This document shows, one piece after another, positions 1-10,042 of a stretch of 64,000 nucleotides of DNA. Every line of letters begins with the position of its first letter. Position 1 is the stretch's first letter. Source of the DNA: a virus. The stretch covers positions 19,428 through 83,427 of IMG/VR virus record IMGVR_UViG_3300020442_002364. One strand, 5' to 3'. The translations under genes and the position numbers were made by a program. The notes under the pieces were generated by a model. It saw only the letters and a program-made list of their open reading frames with translations. It did not search any database and was not told where the DNA came from.

Positions 1-2088
1 AACACTGACAAGATTGTTGGATAAATCAAATCTATGATCTCCTTTTCCTGCAGATGTGATATCAATCAGGATAGGATCATCAGCTCCAGATGCGTTTTTA
101 TTTGTAGCGTCAGCAGCGGAAGCTGCAAGAGCAATCCAATTATCGTTATACTTGTATGCATAATAACGAGTGTCATTGGTGAGTCCACCAATGTCACCAA
201 GACTACTGGAACGATATTCTAATGGATCTCCAGATACAAGTCCATGCTTTTCAATGAAAATCTGATTGTTTTCTGGCATGATATTGCCAGAAGTTAGATA
301 ATGATATCCAGTAGAATTTCCTGTGATGTCTTTTCTTCCCTCTACCTCAGTAATCGTAGTAGAGTTTTCCCAAGTGTCATACAGTTCAATAGTGTTACTA
401 TCAACAGCTCTTACATAATAAATTGTGTTGTCGATGAGACCAGGGATAACTGTGTTTCCATCTCTATTGTAGAAGACAGCAGAACCAGTACGAAGTCTAT
501 GCCCTGGGATAGTAATTCTATCAGTTAGGAGATCTGGGATATTTGTAGAATCTGGAATAAACTGAAGAGTCTCTCTTTCAGAATCTACAGTATGTTGGAA
601 AATCTGGTTAGAGATGGTTTCCAGTTCTGGTCTCAATGACTCAGTATCAGCAACCTCAAAACGTAAAGATACGCTTGGGTTATTAATATCAGTAATAATA
701 TTGGCAAAAGAAGCAGAATCGTAGAAGATACTTTCTGCCTGGTTGAATGTTGCTGTTGGTCCAGATGTAACTAGGATAGTTACAAATCCAGTTGCAGCTT
801 GGGTAGCTCCAGTTCCAGTAAAGGTTACTGACTGAACTCTACCTTGAGTACCAGAAGATCCACCCTGTACATAGAAACCTACTCCAGGTGTAGCTGTAGT
901 TCCTGTGTGGTTCGTGAAGGTAACCTTGAAAATGTTTTCACCACGGAATTGATCACCTGGAACAGCAGGAATTTGTCTTACTTCAGGTTCGTAGTAAAGT
1001 CTCTGCTTATCGTCAAATACGAATGCAAAATTCCAAGTGTGAATTACTTCACTTTGAGGATCACTAGCGTTTTGGAGAGCATCTCTGAATACAACTCCAT
1101 TAACATAAGTTTCGTTAGACGCCTTGACCATGTGGCGGTCAGCGTTAATTGGTCTAACAACTACTCTACGAAGGTTGTCACCAATAAGAGAACAGTTTCT
1201 TGGGAGAGAGATTGGGTTATCTTCTAAGTATTCACCACCAGATACGATGATCGATACGTACTCATCAGTAGGATCTGGAGTTGCTTTTTGTAATCCGTAT
1301 GCAATTTGAGCAGCTTTTTTGATAGTAGCAACTGGTCTCGCTGCAGAGCGACCATCATTAGTGTCACTACCAATAGTAGAAGATACGTATACACGACCAC
1401 CTGTGTCGTTGGTGGCGACTTTATATACGAAGTCTGTAGTTGCAATACGTCTCGACTGATCACTCAGAGGAGGAGTATCTGCTGTTGGGAAAAATGTAGT
1501 ACCGAAAGTAGGACTATTTACATCGGTATCTTCAAAGTTAACTAAGTTTGGAGCACGAAGATTCAGTGCTGGGTTGACAATAGTGTCAATATCCAGGTTT
1601 AAGATTTGTGCAGTATCAGAAATGATAGAACGAGTCGTTCTAATCTGACCTTCAACGTCAAGTTCAAACTCAGGGTTGGCAGTATTAACACCAACACGAA
1701 CGTTTTGAGAAGCGTTTTTGTTTACAAAGATAGCTTCTTTTTGGTTAGCTCCAACACCAACCGCCACAGAAACATTGTTATCACCTTGTAGAGTTACTGA
1801 TCTTCTACGGCGATACGATACTGTGTTACCAGCAACAATAGTGCCACTGGCGGAATCGGTAATTGTAAAATTATCATCATCAACTACGGTGATGGTATAT
1901 ACGCCATCCGTAGCTCCACCCGAGGTAAAATCCAGGTAAAGAGAGTCGTTACTGTCGAGTCCATGCGACGGACTGATAACATTGACAGTAGTTAATTGTC
2001 TGAAGTAAGTGGCGTTAATCCATGCGCCAGTGTTTACTACACCAGAACCTTCGATTCTTTGCTGTTCTGAATTAAAATTGAGACTCAT
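1..2088 (-). CDS. Large virion structural/fibre protein, N-terminal 696 aa (runs off the left edge; absent from the ORF track)
   Basis: ATG at 2088; translates MSLNFNSEQQRIEGSG...GGRVYVSSTIGSDTNDGRSAARPVATIKKAAQ...GEYLEDNPISLPRNCSLIGDNLRRVVVRP, the beta-helix-start motif of giant cyanophage structural proteins; the frame appears open to position 1. Confidence 0.85.
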   Translation of the reverse strand, partial: MSLNFNSEQQRIEGSGVVNTGAWINATYFRQLTTVNVISPSHGLDSNDSLYLDFTSGGATDGVYTITVVDDDNFTITDSASGTIVAGNTVSYRRRRSVTLQGDNNVSVAVGVGANQKEAIFVNKNASQNVRVGVNTANPEFELDVEGQIRTTRSIISDTAQILNLDIDTIVNPALNLRAPNLVNFEDTDVNSPTFGTTFFPTADTPPLSDQSRRIATTDFVYKVATNDTGGRVYVSSTIGSDTNDGRSAARPVATIKKAAQIAYGLQKATPDPTDEYVSIIVSGGEYLEDNPISLPRNCSLIGDNLRRVVVRPINADRHMVKASNETYVNGVVFRDALQNASDPQSEVIHTWNFAFVFDDKQRLYYEPEVRQIPAVPGDQFRGENIFKVTFTNHTGTTATPGVGFYVQGGSSGTQGRVQSVTFTGTGATQAATGFVTILVTSGPTATFNQAESIFYDSASFANIITDINNPSVSLRFEVADTESLRPELETISNQIFQHTVDSERETLQFIPDSTNIPDLLTDRITIPGHRLRTGSAVFYNRDGNTVIPGLIDNTIYYVRAVDSNTIELYDTWENSTTITEVEGRKDITGNSTGYHYLTSGNIMPENNQIFIEKHGLVSGDPLEYRSSSLGDIGGLTNDTRYYAYKYNDNWIALAASAADATNKNASGADDPILIDITSAGKGDHRFDLSNNLVSV

Positions 2089-2100
2089 TTATGTTTACCC

Positions 2101-2631
2101 TTAAGTAACTAGAGTGATATCTAATACACCGATCCACTTAACTGTGGAAGATGTGGTTACAGTTGCAACTTCAAACGTAAAAAATGGATCTGATCCGATC
2201 GTAAATGCGTCTGGAGTAACTGACCAAGACTCTTGTCCTGGTGGATTGTTTCTAAGAATGTTTTCGTGTGATGCAGACACCACAGGAGAACCAGAAGCAG
2301 TATGAATTACAACGTCAAAAGTGCTAGCATGTACGTATTGAGAAGATGTAGTCTCTTGCCCAAACACATGTGCTCTTACAAAAGCAACACTGTTTTGCCC
2401 TAGAGGAATACTATTTGATGCCAGAGGCGTAGTTCCGTCAAGGGACAATTGCATGGTATTATTAGATGCATCAGTTACTCTTTTTAATAGAAAAGTATCT
2501 TTATTGGCATCGGTAAAATTATCACTAGTCATGTGCATAGCAGAAATATTCTTCAGAGCACGCTCCGTAGAGAGAACTTCTGTAGCCGCTACTGCATAGC
2601 CTCCAATAGACGAAAAATTGTTAATCGGCAT
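2101..2631 (-). CDS. Virion structural protein (176 aa)
   Basis: ORF track; beta-rich; preceded by a perfect T4 late promoter; lies between fibre genes. Confidence 0.7.
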   Translation of the reverse strand: MPINNFSSIGGYAVAATEVLSTERALKNISAMHMTSDNFTDANKDTFLLKRVTDASNNTMQLSLDGTTPLASNSIPLGQNSVAFVRAHVFGQETTSSQYVHASTFDVVIHTASGSPVVSASHENILRNNPPGQESWSVTPDAFTIGSDPFFTFEVATVTTSSTVKWIGVLDITLVT

Positions 2632-2651
2632 GACTTTAGATTACCTTAGGT

Positions 2652-2659
2652 TATTTATA
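2652..2659 (-). promoter_or_regulatory. T4-type late promoter TATAAATA
   Basis: Exact TATAAATA on the minus strand 20 nt upstream of the ATG at 2631. Confidence 0.8.
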
Positions 2660-5600
2660 CCTTGACCTTAGTGGTTGTAAACCTACCAGTGAAGGATGTG
2701 GATGATGTTGCGGCAGACGATTTAGCGAGAGCAATTGTAACAATACCACCAATAACGGAGATAGAAACGTCAATCAAATCGTTATCGGATGTTACTGAAT
2801 TAGTGACAGTTGCGTATGCATTTGTACCTGCTGCAGCACATATAGAAGTTACTTCTACCATGTGTACTTTTCCGTCATCACTTTCAATCGTGATGAGAGA
2901 TTTTGCTCCTTTGAAATCACTTCTAGTAAACTGAGCAAAGGAAGTTGATGTTGTGAACGATGCTAATTGACCACCTTCAACACGGCAGTCATCAAGTTCT
3001 ACGAAGTCTGCTGTAGAATCGATTACTGTAAGATATGATTCTGTACCTGCTTGCCATCCACGGTTAACTTTAAATCCTGCTTCACTGCCATTTGCATCAT
3101 AGCTAACAAACGGTTTGTTATCCATGAACGTAACAAGATCCTGATTCAGGACTTCTTGCTTGGTGAATGCGGCAGTTGCTCCACTAATAGTGTCAACTTC
3201 AAATGTGACATCATTATCAGGTGTAAGTCCACCTAGGAGGGTACCAGAAATAGTGATTACTTCATTAGCAGCGTATAATGTACCACCACTGTTGATAGTG
3301 ATTGTTGATACATTTCCAGATCCATCGATCGTAACATCGAAAGTTGCTCCAGAACCATCAATTTGAGCACTAGAAGCGAGGTTTGTGAAACTACTATTTG
3401 GAGTATATGCTCCGTTTGTTGCTGTAATCGTAGCAGAATCAATAGTAGCAATTACACCTTGAGGAGGTACAGCTCGGAGTCTTAAACCTCCACTAATTTC
3501 AAGATCTCTCTTTGTTCTAATGGAAACAATTGCAGATCCTCTTGAGAGGAATTCAAAAGTATTTCCTGTTGTTGATGCACTATCAAAGACAGTAACAGAT
3601 GGATAATCAAATTTGAATGAAGCTGCGTCCATTCTGACTCCCGTCATATTACTGCGGAAAGTCATCAAAGTATTATTTAAACTGAGGTTATTGATACCTG
3701 CAGCATAGAATTCAAAAGTATCTTCATCCTGACCTGGAGCAGACTCAGTAAGAATGTAAGTATCCTGATCAACGTCACGAACACCACCCAGAGAAACAAA
3801 GTCGGATCCGTTATAACCCTCAAATTGTAATTGAGTAGTATTGAAGCGAACCATACCAGTCAGTCTGTTCGCTGTCAATGGTCTCTGGTTTGTTGTTCCA
3901 GAAGGAATAACCAAAGCACTATTAGTATCGATTCTTACATCCTTTCCATTTTGAGGTTTGATATCAATACCAGCACCTTGAATGGCAGTAATCGTAAGAG
4001 TTTTTCCACTTCCACTTCCGATATTAGATGTATCCAGAACGATAGTATCACCAGACCTGTAATTAAATCCAAGATATCCTGTAGAAGGAGTGATCGCAGT
4101 GATATCTCCACCAGCGATGGTAACATCAAACTCAGCATCAGTTCCATTTCCAGTTGTAGATGATACTGCTACTCTTGTATAAGATCCATCAGTATATCCA
4201 GTCGCAGTTCCAGTTGCACTTACGGTCTTGACTTGACCGAAGGAAAGAGTTGAAGTTAAACTACTGTTACTAATAGTGTTATCTACAAGTTTCAGATTCT
4301 TACTTGCCTCAACAAATCCTTCAGATGAAAGATCACCTGTATTAGGTACTATGTTAAGAGTTTCTGAGGTTCCATCTGTAACTTGGATGAGATTATTTAC
4401 ATCTCCAGTGCCTTTAAGGATAAGATTTCCTTGTCCTTTTGGAGCAACACTAATATCTACATTGGCGTCAGTGCCAATTGCAGTGATGGAATTATCATTT
4501 CCAATTCTAAGTTGAGTTGCTGCAGCACCAATATCAATTTGTTCGTTGACTGCATCAATCTTGAAGAATGGTACAGTTTCTGTTAGGTTTTGATCTACTA
4601 CAAAATCAGTAGAGAGGTCAAATCCAGTTGCGCTAATACTTCCACGTTGCGTTCCAGAGATAGTCAGACCAATATCATCAGCACCAGCGGCGTATAAACC
4701 AGTCGTTAAACTATTCTGCAGTGTGAATGAAGGAGTGGTTGCGGATCCATCTTGAATCTGAAGTTGACCATTAGTGATCGTGTTTACAGAACCATTAGCA
4801 GTTAAGTCTCCAGTTAATACAGATGTACCACCAACAGTCAGGTTGGTTCCAACTTGGACAGTTGCAGTGCTTTGAATATCTGGAGATTGTAATAATCCAG
4901 CAGAAGAAATAGAAGCACCATTACTAAAACTTACAGCTCCAGTCTCAGCAATGTTGAAATTAGTGCTAGTGAGTGAACCGTTAGGACTGTATTGGAATAC
5001 TTCGGTTTCATTTACACTACCAACTGCAATCGCTAAATTGGATCCACTTCCCATTGGACTTGTATCCAATGAAAGAACATCACCGACGCTAAAGTTAAAT
5101 CCTGCTGTTGATGGTGTTACAGTGTTAATAAATCCTGCTTTGGTGATTGTAAATACAAATCCACCACCGTTACCTACACTATCAATCGTAGCATCATCGA
5201 CGCCAACGGTATCGTTTACTGCGTATCCAGATCCAGATGGAGAAATTAAAGTTACAGAACTAATTGAGGTGTCGTTTGTAGTGATACTATATGCAAATCC
5301 AGATCCACTACCAGCACCAAGATAAGTATTATCCGTAGATAAAGTATCACCTACCTTATAATCATCGCCTTGTGTTGTAATTCCAAACGAAGTAATCGTG
5401 CCATTTGCAGCAACCGTAACATCAGCAAGAGCTCCAGATCCAAACTCACCAACAGATCCAGCAGAAACTGTTAACTCTCCACCTCTTCCCATACCAGCAC
5501 CATGCGTGGTGCATACGTAAGTAATAGGACCAGTAGCAGCAGATTTTACAACAACCTCAGCAAAAGCACCAGCGGTACCAGCAGTTCCCCAGTTTTGAAC

Positions 5601-8600
5601 TACATACTCACCAAAAGTATATGTTCCTAAAGTCCATGGGTGACCAGTGTTAGAAGCATCTGATTGGTCAAATCGATATGTGTTACTAGTATTTAAGTTG
5701 ATGGATGGAGTTTCTTGTCCGTTGATTGCGTATCTATCTTGGTTTTGCGACCATGCAAATACCGTACCACTTCCACCACCACTAGCAGTTGCAGTATCGC
5801 TAACAGTAAACTGAGAAGAACCAGTATTCAGATAAACGTAAGTATCGTTACCATCAGTAAACACGAAAGTTACTGTACCCGATCCACCAGAAGGATCTGT
5901 GATGGTATTACCTACAGCGATAGTTCCAGTAACACCTGTCAGTTGTACTAAATCTCTCTGGATAACAGTTACCGCATATGTGGCGGATGGACTATTATTA
6001 AAGAGTTGTACGTTAGTATAAGATGCAGGAGTGTAACCACTACCAGCATTAGTGATGTTACCACTAAGACCTAAAATTGTGAAAGATGCACTTGCTCCAG
6101 TTCCAGAACCAGTAATAGTTCTAAAATTAGTTTGATATACTCCTGGAGCGTATCCAGTACCACCATTAGTAATCGTTCCCTGTAATGGAAGAACTTCAAC
6201 GTTTAATTCTGCTCCGAAACCATTACCGCCAAGGATGCTTACTGTTGGTACTGAGGTATAACCACCACCAGGAAGATTGAGAGTTACTGAAGAAACTTCT
6301 CCAGTTAATTTATTAATAACTGCAGTAGCTTCTGCATCTTGGTTTGTATCTGGACTTCCACCGATAAAAGCAATCGTAGGAATTACAGCATATCCCTTAC
6401 CTACAGTGTTAAGAGTTACTGAATTAATTCCGAAACCGACAACAGCATTAACAACACCACCGCTACCAGTAGTATCTGTCCCATCAGGAGTAACTGTAAC
6501 TGATGGAGCACTGGAATATCCGCTTCCTTGACCATTCAGGGTTACTGTAGAAATTGGAGAACCACCAATAACAGTCAAACTTGCAGGTGTGCTTGGAGAT
6601 CCACCATTGATAGTCACGGATGGTGTAGTGCTATAACCAACACCTCTAGATGCGATACTGATGGCACTAATAGCACCAGAAGTTAAAGTTACTGTTGCAA
6701 CTGGAACTGCTCCAGTTAAAGTATGGAATTGACCTTGAGTTCCAGTTCCAACACTAATCGCAGACCCGCCACTGGTAGCAGAGAGTTTAAATCCAGCATC
6801 ATTGGATTCTACGACGTAATAAGTGTTGCCGTCGGTAAGACCAGTAAGGGTAGTGTTTCCACCATTTCCATAAACAACAGCATCACCATCAATGAAAGGA
6901 TGACTTTGTTGTGCAAAAAGACCTGCAACTGGAAGTGCTCCATCAAAAGAAAATACTGGAGCAGTTCCAAAATCTAAAGTTGGTGTAGATCCATAACCAG
7001 CACCACCATCAGTAATATCGATTCTTGATAATTTTACAGAACTCGTATTAAGTGAAACTGTTGCTGTTGGAAGAGTTCCACCTGTTTCTTGAGGAGCACT
7101 GAAAACTAAAGTTGGTGCAATTGAATATAAAGATCCTCTACTTGTAAGGGTCAATCCACCGTCAAGTTTAACGGTACCATACGTAGTTAAAGTTGCAGTT
7201 GCAGTTGCTAAAGTGTATGGATCAGATCCTACGTTAGTAAAACTAAAAGTTCCAGCGTCGTAACCACTTCCTTCATTTGTGATATTGACTGTTGCAATCT
7301 CAGTCTTAAAGGTTAAGAGTTCTCTGTTTGTATAAAGACCTGCTGCAGTAAATCCGTGGCGTCTCTTTCTATCAACCTCAAATGCAATACTACCCTCAGC
7401 ATCTCCATTAAAAGATGACTTTTTAGATGCGTCAAAATAGAGATTTTCTTCTGCTCTAAGTTCAGAACGAAGAATGATATCCTGTTGACTTGAAGGGTCA
7501 ATGATGATATCACCAGAGGTAGAACTTATGGTGTTTCCAGAAAGTCTAAGATTTCCCGTTTCAATAAAAGCTGGGAAAATTGTTGTGGTACCAGTAGCAT
7601 CACTTAAGGTGATGTTTGCTGCCTGCTGAGCTGTGCTAGTTGCCTGGAATGAAACGTTACCTGTTTCCTGATCTACGACAAATGCATCACCAACACGGAA
7701 ATCTCCCTTCTCGTTAGTTGCAGAATAGAAGATACGACCACCATTCAGTTCGCTAACCTCATTCGCAGGAACAGCGAGATCTGGGTCGTTTGTAAAGTCT
7801 GCGTTTGCTCCGATATATGCAAAGTTATGTGCCGTGAGAAGCAGTTTTACGCCTGCTCCATCGGCAATTGCACCCTTATTACCATAAATGTTAGCAGAAG
7901 AGATTGAACGCAGTTCAGCGCCAAACTGAGCGTAGTCTGCAGTCAGTAAGGATGTTGCAGAATCTCCACCGTCAGAACGAATATCTTTTACGCCTTTTCC
8001 GCTATCTGAAATAACAGTTGCTCCATCAGTCCCATCGAAATGGAGTAAGAGGACTGTGAACAAATCTGTTGTAAATGCTGCTGCTGGTGGGGTAAAGTTT
8101 CCTGTATATCTTGCAGAATTTTTAGATACACGGACCTCATCAGTGTGACCACCAAATTCATTCGCTCCTACATAGTCTCCACCGAGAACCAATGGTTTGG
8201 TTACACCATAATCATTATTATCTGTATATGTACCAAGTGAAGTTCCATTTAGGAACAATCTAGTTGTGCCACCCGAACGAGCAACAGCAACGTGATACCA
8301 AGTATTAGAAGAAAGAGTGCCTCCACTAATTTGTGATGTATTTCCTACTCCATAATGTAAGGTAGTTCCATCCAAATACAATACTGGAGCAGTATCAGTT
8401 GCGGATGCATTTCTGAAGTCGATGAATGTTTGTACACCCGATACTGCTGCAGGTCTAATGAAACATTCAACCGCAAAATTCGTAGTACCAAATCCAAAGT
8501 CGCTATCACTTGGAAATACTACATGGTCATCAACACCGTCAGTGAGGAGAGATGCTGTTCCAAACTTAAATTGTGCTGTATCTACCTGAGCGTCACCAGC

Positions 8601-9884
8601 AATGACTCCATTTTTACCAGTTGGAACTCCAGTGGTAAATTCTCCAATTCCTTTTCCATTGATGAATACATATGTACCATCATTGGACGCAACGGTTCCA
8701 TATGCGTCTGCTTTCTTATATGTGATGTTACCGCTGGTTGTTCCAGATGAAGTATCAGTAACTTCAAATGTATTTGTTGCTACGTTAGCAACAGTGTAAT
8801 ATCCATCAGTTCCATTACCACTAGTGTAATCTGCATAGACTACATCACCATTAGATAATCCGTGAGCAGCTCTAGTTGCAGTTACGGTTGATCCACTTCT
8901 GCTATATGTTCCAGATTTAAATCCATCCTCTAACTGATAGATAACCTCTGAAGGAGCAAAAGTTCCAGATACACCAGATAACTTAAGACGTGTTTGACCT
9001 GCTCCAGCACGTCCAGTAGCACCCTGAACACCCTTAATACCTTCAGCAGCGAAGTATACAAAAGAGTTTAACCACTCAACGCGAACACCATTGGTAACAA
9101 GTAGACCAACGGAATTTGGAACAATAAAGGTTACTTCATTAAAAAGAACCGCAGATTCAATTGTAGTTGAAGCGAATACTGCTCCATCGAGTTTAGCGCC
9201 TCTACCAGCATCTCCTTGTCCATATCCATATGGATCTGTGCTAGAAGTTACACTTCCTTTTGTTAATACAGTTACTCTCTCAATATAAGGACTTCTTTCT
9301 GAATTATTAGATGCTGCACATACAAAACCGTAACCAGTATCGTTACCAGAATTGTAGAAGAAGTCTTTTACAGTAAGATCGGAGACATGACTATCCCCTT
9401 CTAATACAAATGCGTTAAGATCGTTAGTCCCTGTTGTTGGATAGATTTGAGTTGATCTTAAGTTAGCACCACGTACAGTTACCCCGTCAGGAACCGTTAG
9501 TGGGAAAATTTCTTGATATAATCCAGCTTCAATATAAACAGTATCTCCCGATGTAGCTTGAGAGAGAGCGTATGCAACTGTTCTAAATGGAGTCTGCTTA
9601 GTCTTACCGTTAGCATTACCATTTGCCAAACTTAAAACGTCACTACCATTGGCAGCAACGTGCAAAGAACTTCCAACCCCGTTCGTAATTCCGCTTGACA
9701 ACATATTAGTTGTCACTGTTGCTGGATTTGGAACAGTGTTAGCAACCTCGGTAATGCTACCTGAGTTGTTTACATATAATTTTTTGTCAGCAATATTAAG
9801 AGCAACTTCGCCGTCAGCTAAATTCGCCGTCGTCGGAGTCGCTAGTGGTGTTGTTGACCTTTTGAGTTTGATCTGGGTTGCCAT
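2655..9884 (-). CDS. Large tail fibre/structural protein (2409 aa) with MTD-like N-terminus, beta-helix region, LamG/ConA-like domain, GxGY repeats and a cupredoxin-like domain
   Basis: MATQIKLKRST...GEVALN N-terminus; PFRTVAYAL...GLYQEIFPLTVP; NTWYHVAVARSGGTTRLFLNG (LamG); many G(S/A)GY repeats; C-terminal SGTTNQRP...GMVRFNT...FEGY motif. Confidence 0.85.
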   Translation of the reverse strand: MATQIKLKRSTTPLATPTTANLADGEVALNIADKKLYVNNSGSITEVANTVPNPATVTTNMLSSGITNGVGSSLHVAANGSDVLSLANGNANGKTKQTPFRTVAYALSQATSGDTVYIEAGLYQEIFPLTVPDGVTVRGANLRSTQIYPTTGTNDLNAFVLEGDSHVSDLTVKDFFYNSGNDTGYGFVCAASNNSERSPYIERVTVLTKGSVTSSTDPYGYGQGDAGRGAKLDGAVFASTTIESAVLFNEVTFIVPNSVGLLVTNGVRVEWLNSFVYFAAEGIKGVQGATGRAGAGQTRLKLSGVSGTFAPSEVIYQLEDGFKSGTYSRSGSTVTATRAAHGLSNGDVVYADYTSGNGTDGYYTVANVATNTFEVTDTSSGTTSGNITYKKADAYGTVASNDGTYVFINGKGIGEFTTGVPTGKNGVIAGDAQVDTAQFKFGTASLLTDGVDDHVVFPSDSDFGFGTTNFAVECFIRPAAVSGVQTFIDFRNASATDTAPVLYLDGTTLHYGVGNTSQISGGTLSSNTWYHVAVARSGGTTRLFLNGTSLGTYTDNNDYGVTKPLVLGGDYVGANEFGGHTDEVRVSKNSARYTGNFTPPAAAFTTDLFTVLLLHFDGTDGATVISDSGKGVKDIRSDGGDSATSLLTADYAQFGAELRSISSANIYGNKGAIADGAGVKLLLTAHNFAYIGANADFTNDPDLAVPANEVSELNGGRIFYSATNEKGDFRVGDAFVVDQETGNVSFQATSTAQQAANITLSDATGTTTIFPAFIETGNLRLSGNTISSTSGDIIIDPSSQQDIILRSELRAEENLYFDASKKSSFNGDAEGSIAFEVDRKRRHGFTAAGLYTNRELLTFKTEIATVNITNEGSGYDAGTFSFTNVGSDPYTLATATATLTTYGTVKLDGGLTLTSRGSLYSIAPTLVFSAPQETGGTLPTATVSLNTSSVKLSRIDITDGGAGYGSTPTLDFGTAPVFSFDGALPVAGLFAQQSHPFIDGDAVVYGNGGNTTLTGLTDGNTYYVVESNDAGFKLSATSGGSAISVGTGTQGQFHTLTGAVPVATVTLTSGAISAISIASRGVGYSTTPSVTINGGSPSTPASLTVIGGSPISTVTLNGQGSGYSSAPSVTVTPDGTDTTGSGGVVNAVVGFGINSVTLNTVGKGYAVIPTIAFIGGSPDTNQDAEATAVINKLTGEVSSVTLNLPGGGYTSVPTVSILGGNGFGAELNVEVLPLQGTITNGGTGYAPGVYQTNFRTITGSGTGASASFTILGLSGNITNAGSGYTPASYTNVQLFNNSPSATYAVTVIQRDLVQLTGVTGTIAVGNTITDPSGGSGTVTFVFTDGNDTYVYLNTGSSQFTVSDTATASGGGSGTVFAWSQNQDRYAINGQETPSINLNTSNTYRFDQSDASNTGHPWTLGTYTFGEYVVQNWGTAGTAGAFAEVVVKSAATGPITYVCTTHGAGMGRGGELTVSAGSVGEFGSGALADVTVAANGTITSFGITTQGDDYKVGDTLSTDNTYLGAGSGSGFAYSITTNDTSISSVTLISPSGSGYAVNDTVGVDDATIDSVGNGGGFVFTITKAGFINTVTPSTAGFNFSVGDVLSLDTSPMGSGSNLAIAVGSVNETEVFQYSPNGSLTSTNFNIAETGAVSFSNGASISSAGLLQSPDIQSTATVQVGTNLTVGGTSVLTGDLTANGSVNTITNGQLQIQDGSATTPSFTLQNSLTTGLYAAGADDIGLTISGTQRGSISATGFDLSTDFVVDQNLTETVPFFKIDAVNEQIDIGAAATQLRIGNDNSITAIGTDANVDISVAPKGQGNLILKGTGDVNNLIQVTDGTSETLNIVPNTGDLSSEGFVEASKNLKLVDNTISNSSLTSTLSFGQVKTVSATGTATGYTDGSYTRVAVSSTTGNGTDAEFDVTIAGGDITAITPSTGYLGFNYRSGDTIVLDTSNIGSGSGKTLTITAIQGAGIDIKPQNGKDVRIDTNSALVIPSGTTNQRPLTANRLTGMVRFNTTQLQFEGYNGSDFVSLGGVRDVDQDTYILTESAPGQDEDTFEFYAAGINNLSLNNTLMTFRSNMTGVRMDAASFKFDYPSVTVFDSASTTGNTFEFLSRGSAIVSIRTKRDLEISGGLRLRAVPPQGVIATIDSATITATNGAYTPNSSFTNLASSAQIDGSGATFDVTIDGSGNVSTITINSGGTLYAANEVITISGTLLGGLTPDNDVTFEVDTISGATAAFTKQEVLNQDLVTFMDNKPFVSYDANGSEAGFKVNRGWQAGTESYLTVIDSTADFVELDDCRVEGGQLASFTTSTSFAQFTRSDFKGAKSLITIESDDGKVHMVEVTSICAAAGTNAYATVTNSVTSDNDLIDVSISVIGGIVTIALAKSSAATSSTSFTGRFTTTKVKV

Positions 9885-10032
9885 CTATACCATTCTCAGT
9901 AGACTGGGATTCTTTATTGATACTATTTAACTGACTTTGCAAATCAGAAATTTGCGCCTCCAGCATCACATTTGTCAAAGTCAAGTCAGAAATTTTCTTT
10001 TGTAATGTAGCAATAACAATTTGTACGTTCAT
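9814..10032 (-). CDS. Small coiled-coil protein (72 aa)
   Basis: Heptad pattern IATLQKKISDLTLTNVMLEAQISDLQSQL; its 3' end overlaps the fibre gene by 71 nt. Confidence 0.7.
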   Translation of the reverse strand: MNVQIVIATLQKKISDLTLTNVMLEAQISDLQSQLNSINKESQSTENGIDGNPDQTQKVNNTTSDSDDGEFS

Positions 10033-10042
10033 AACTTAGTCG

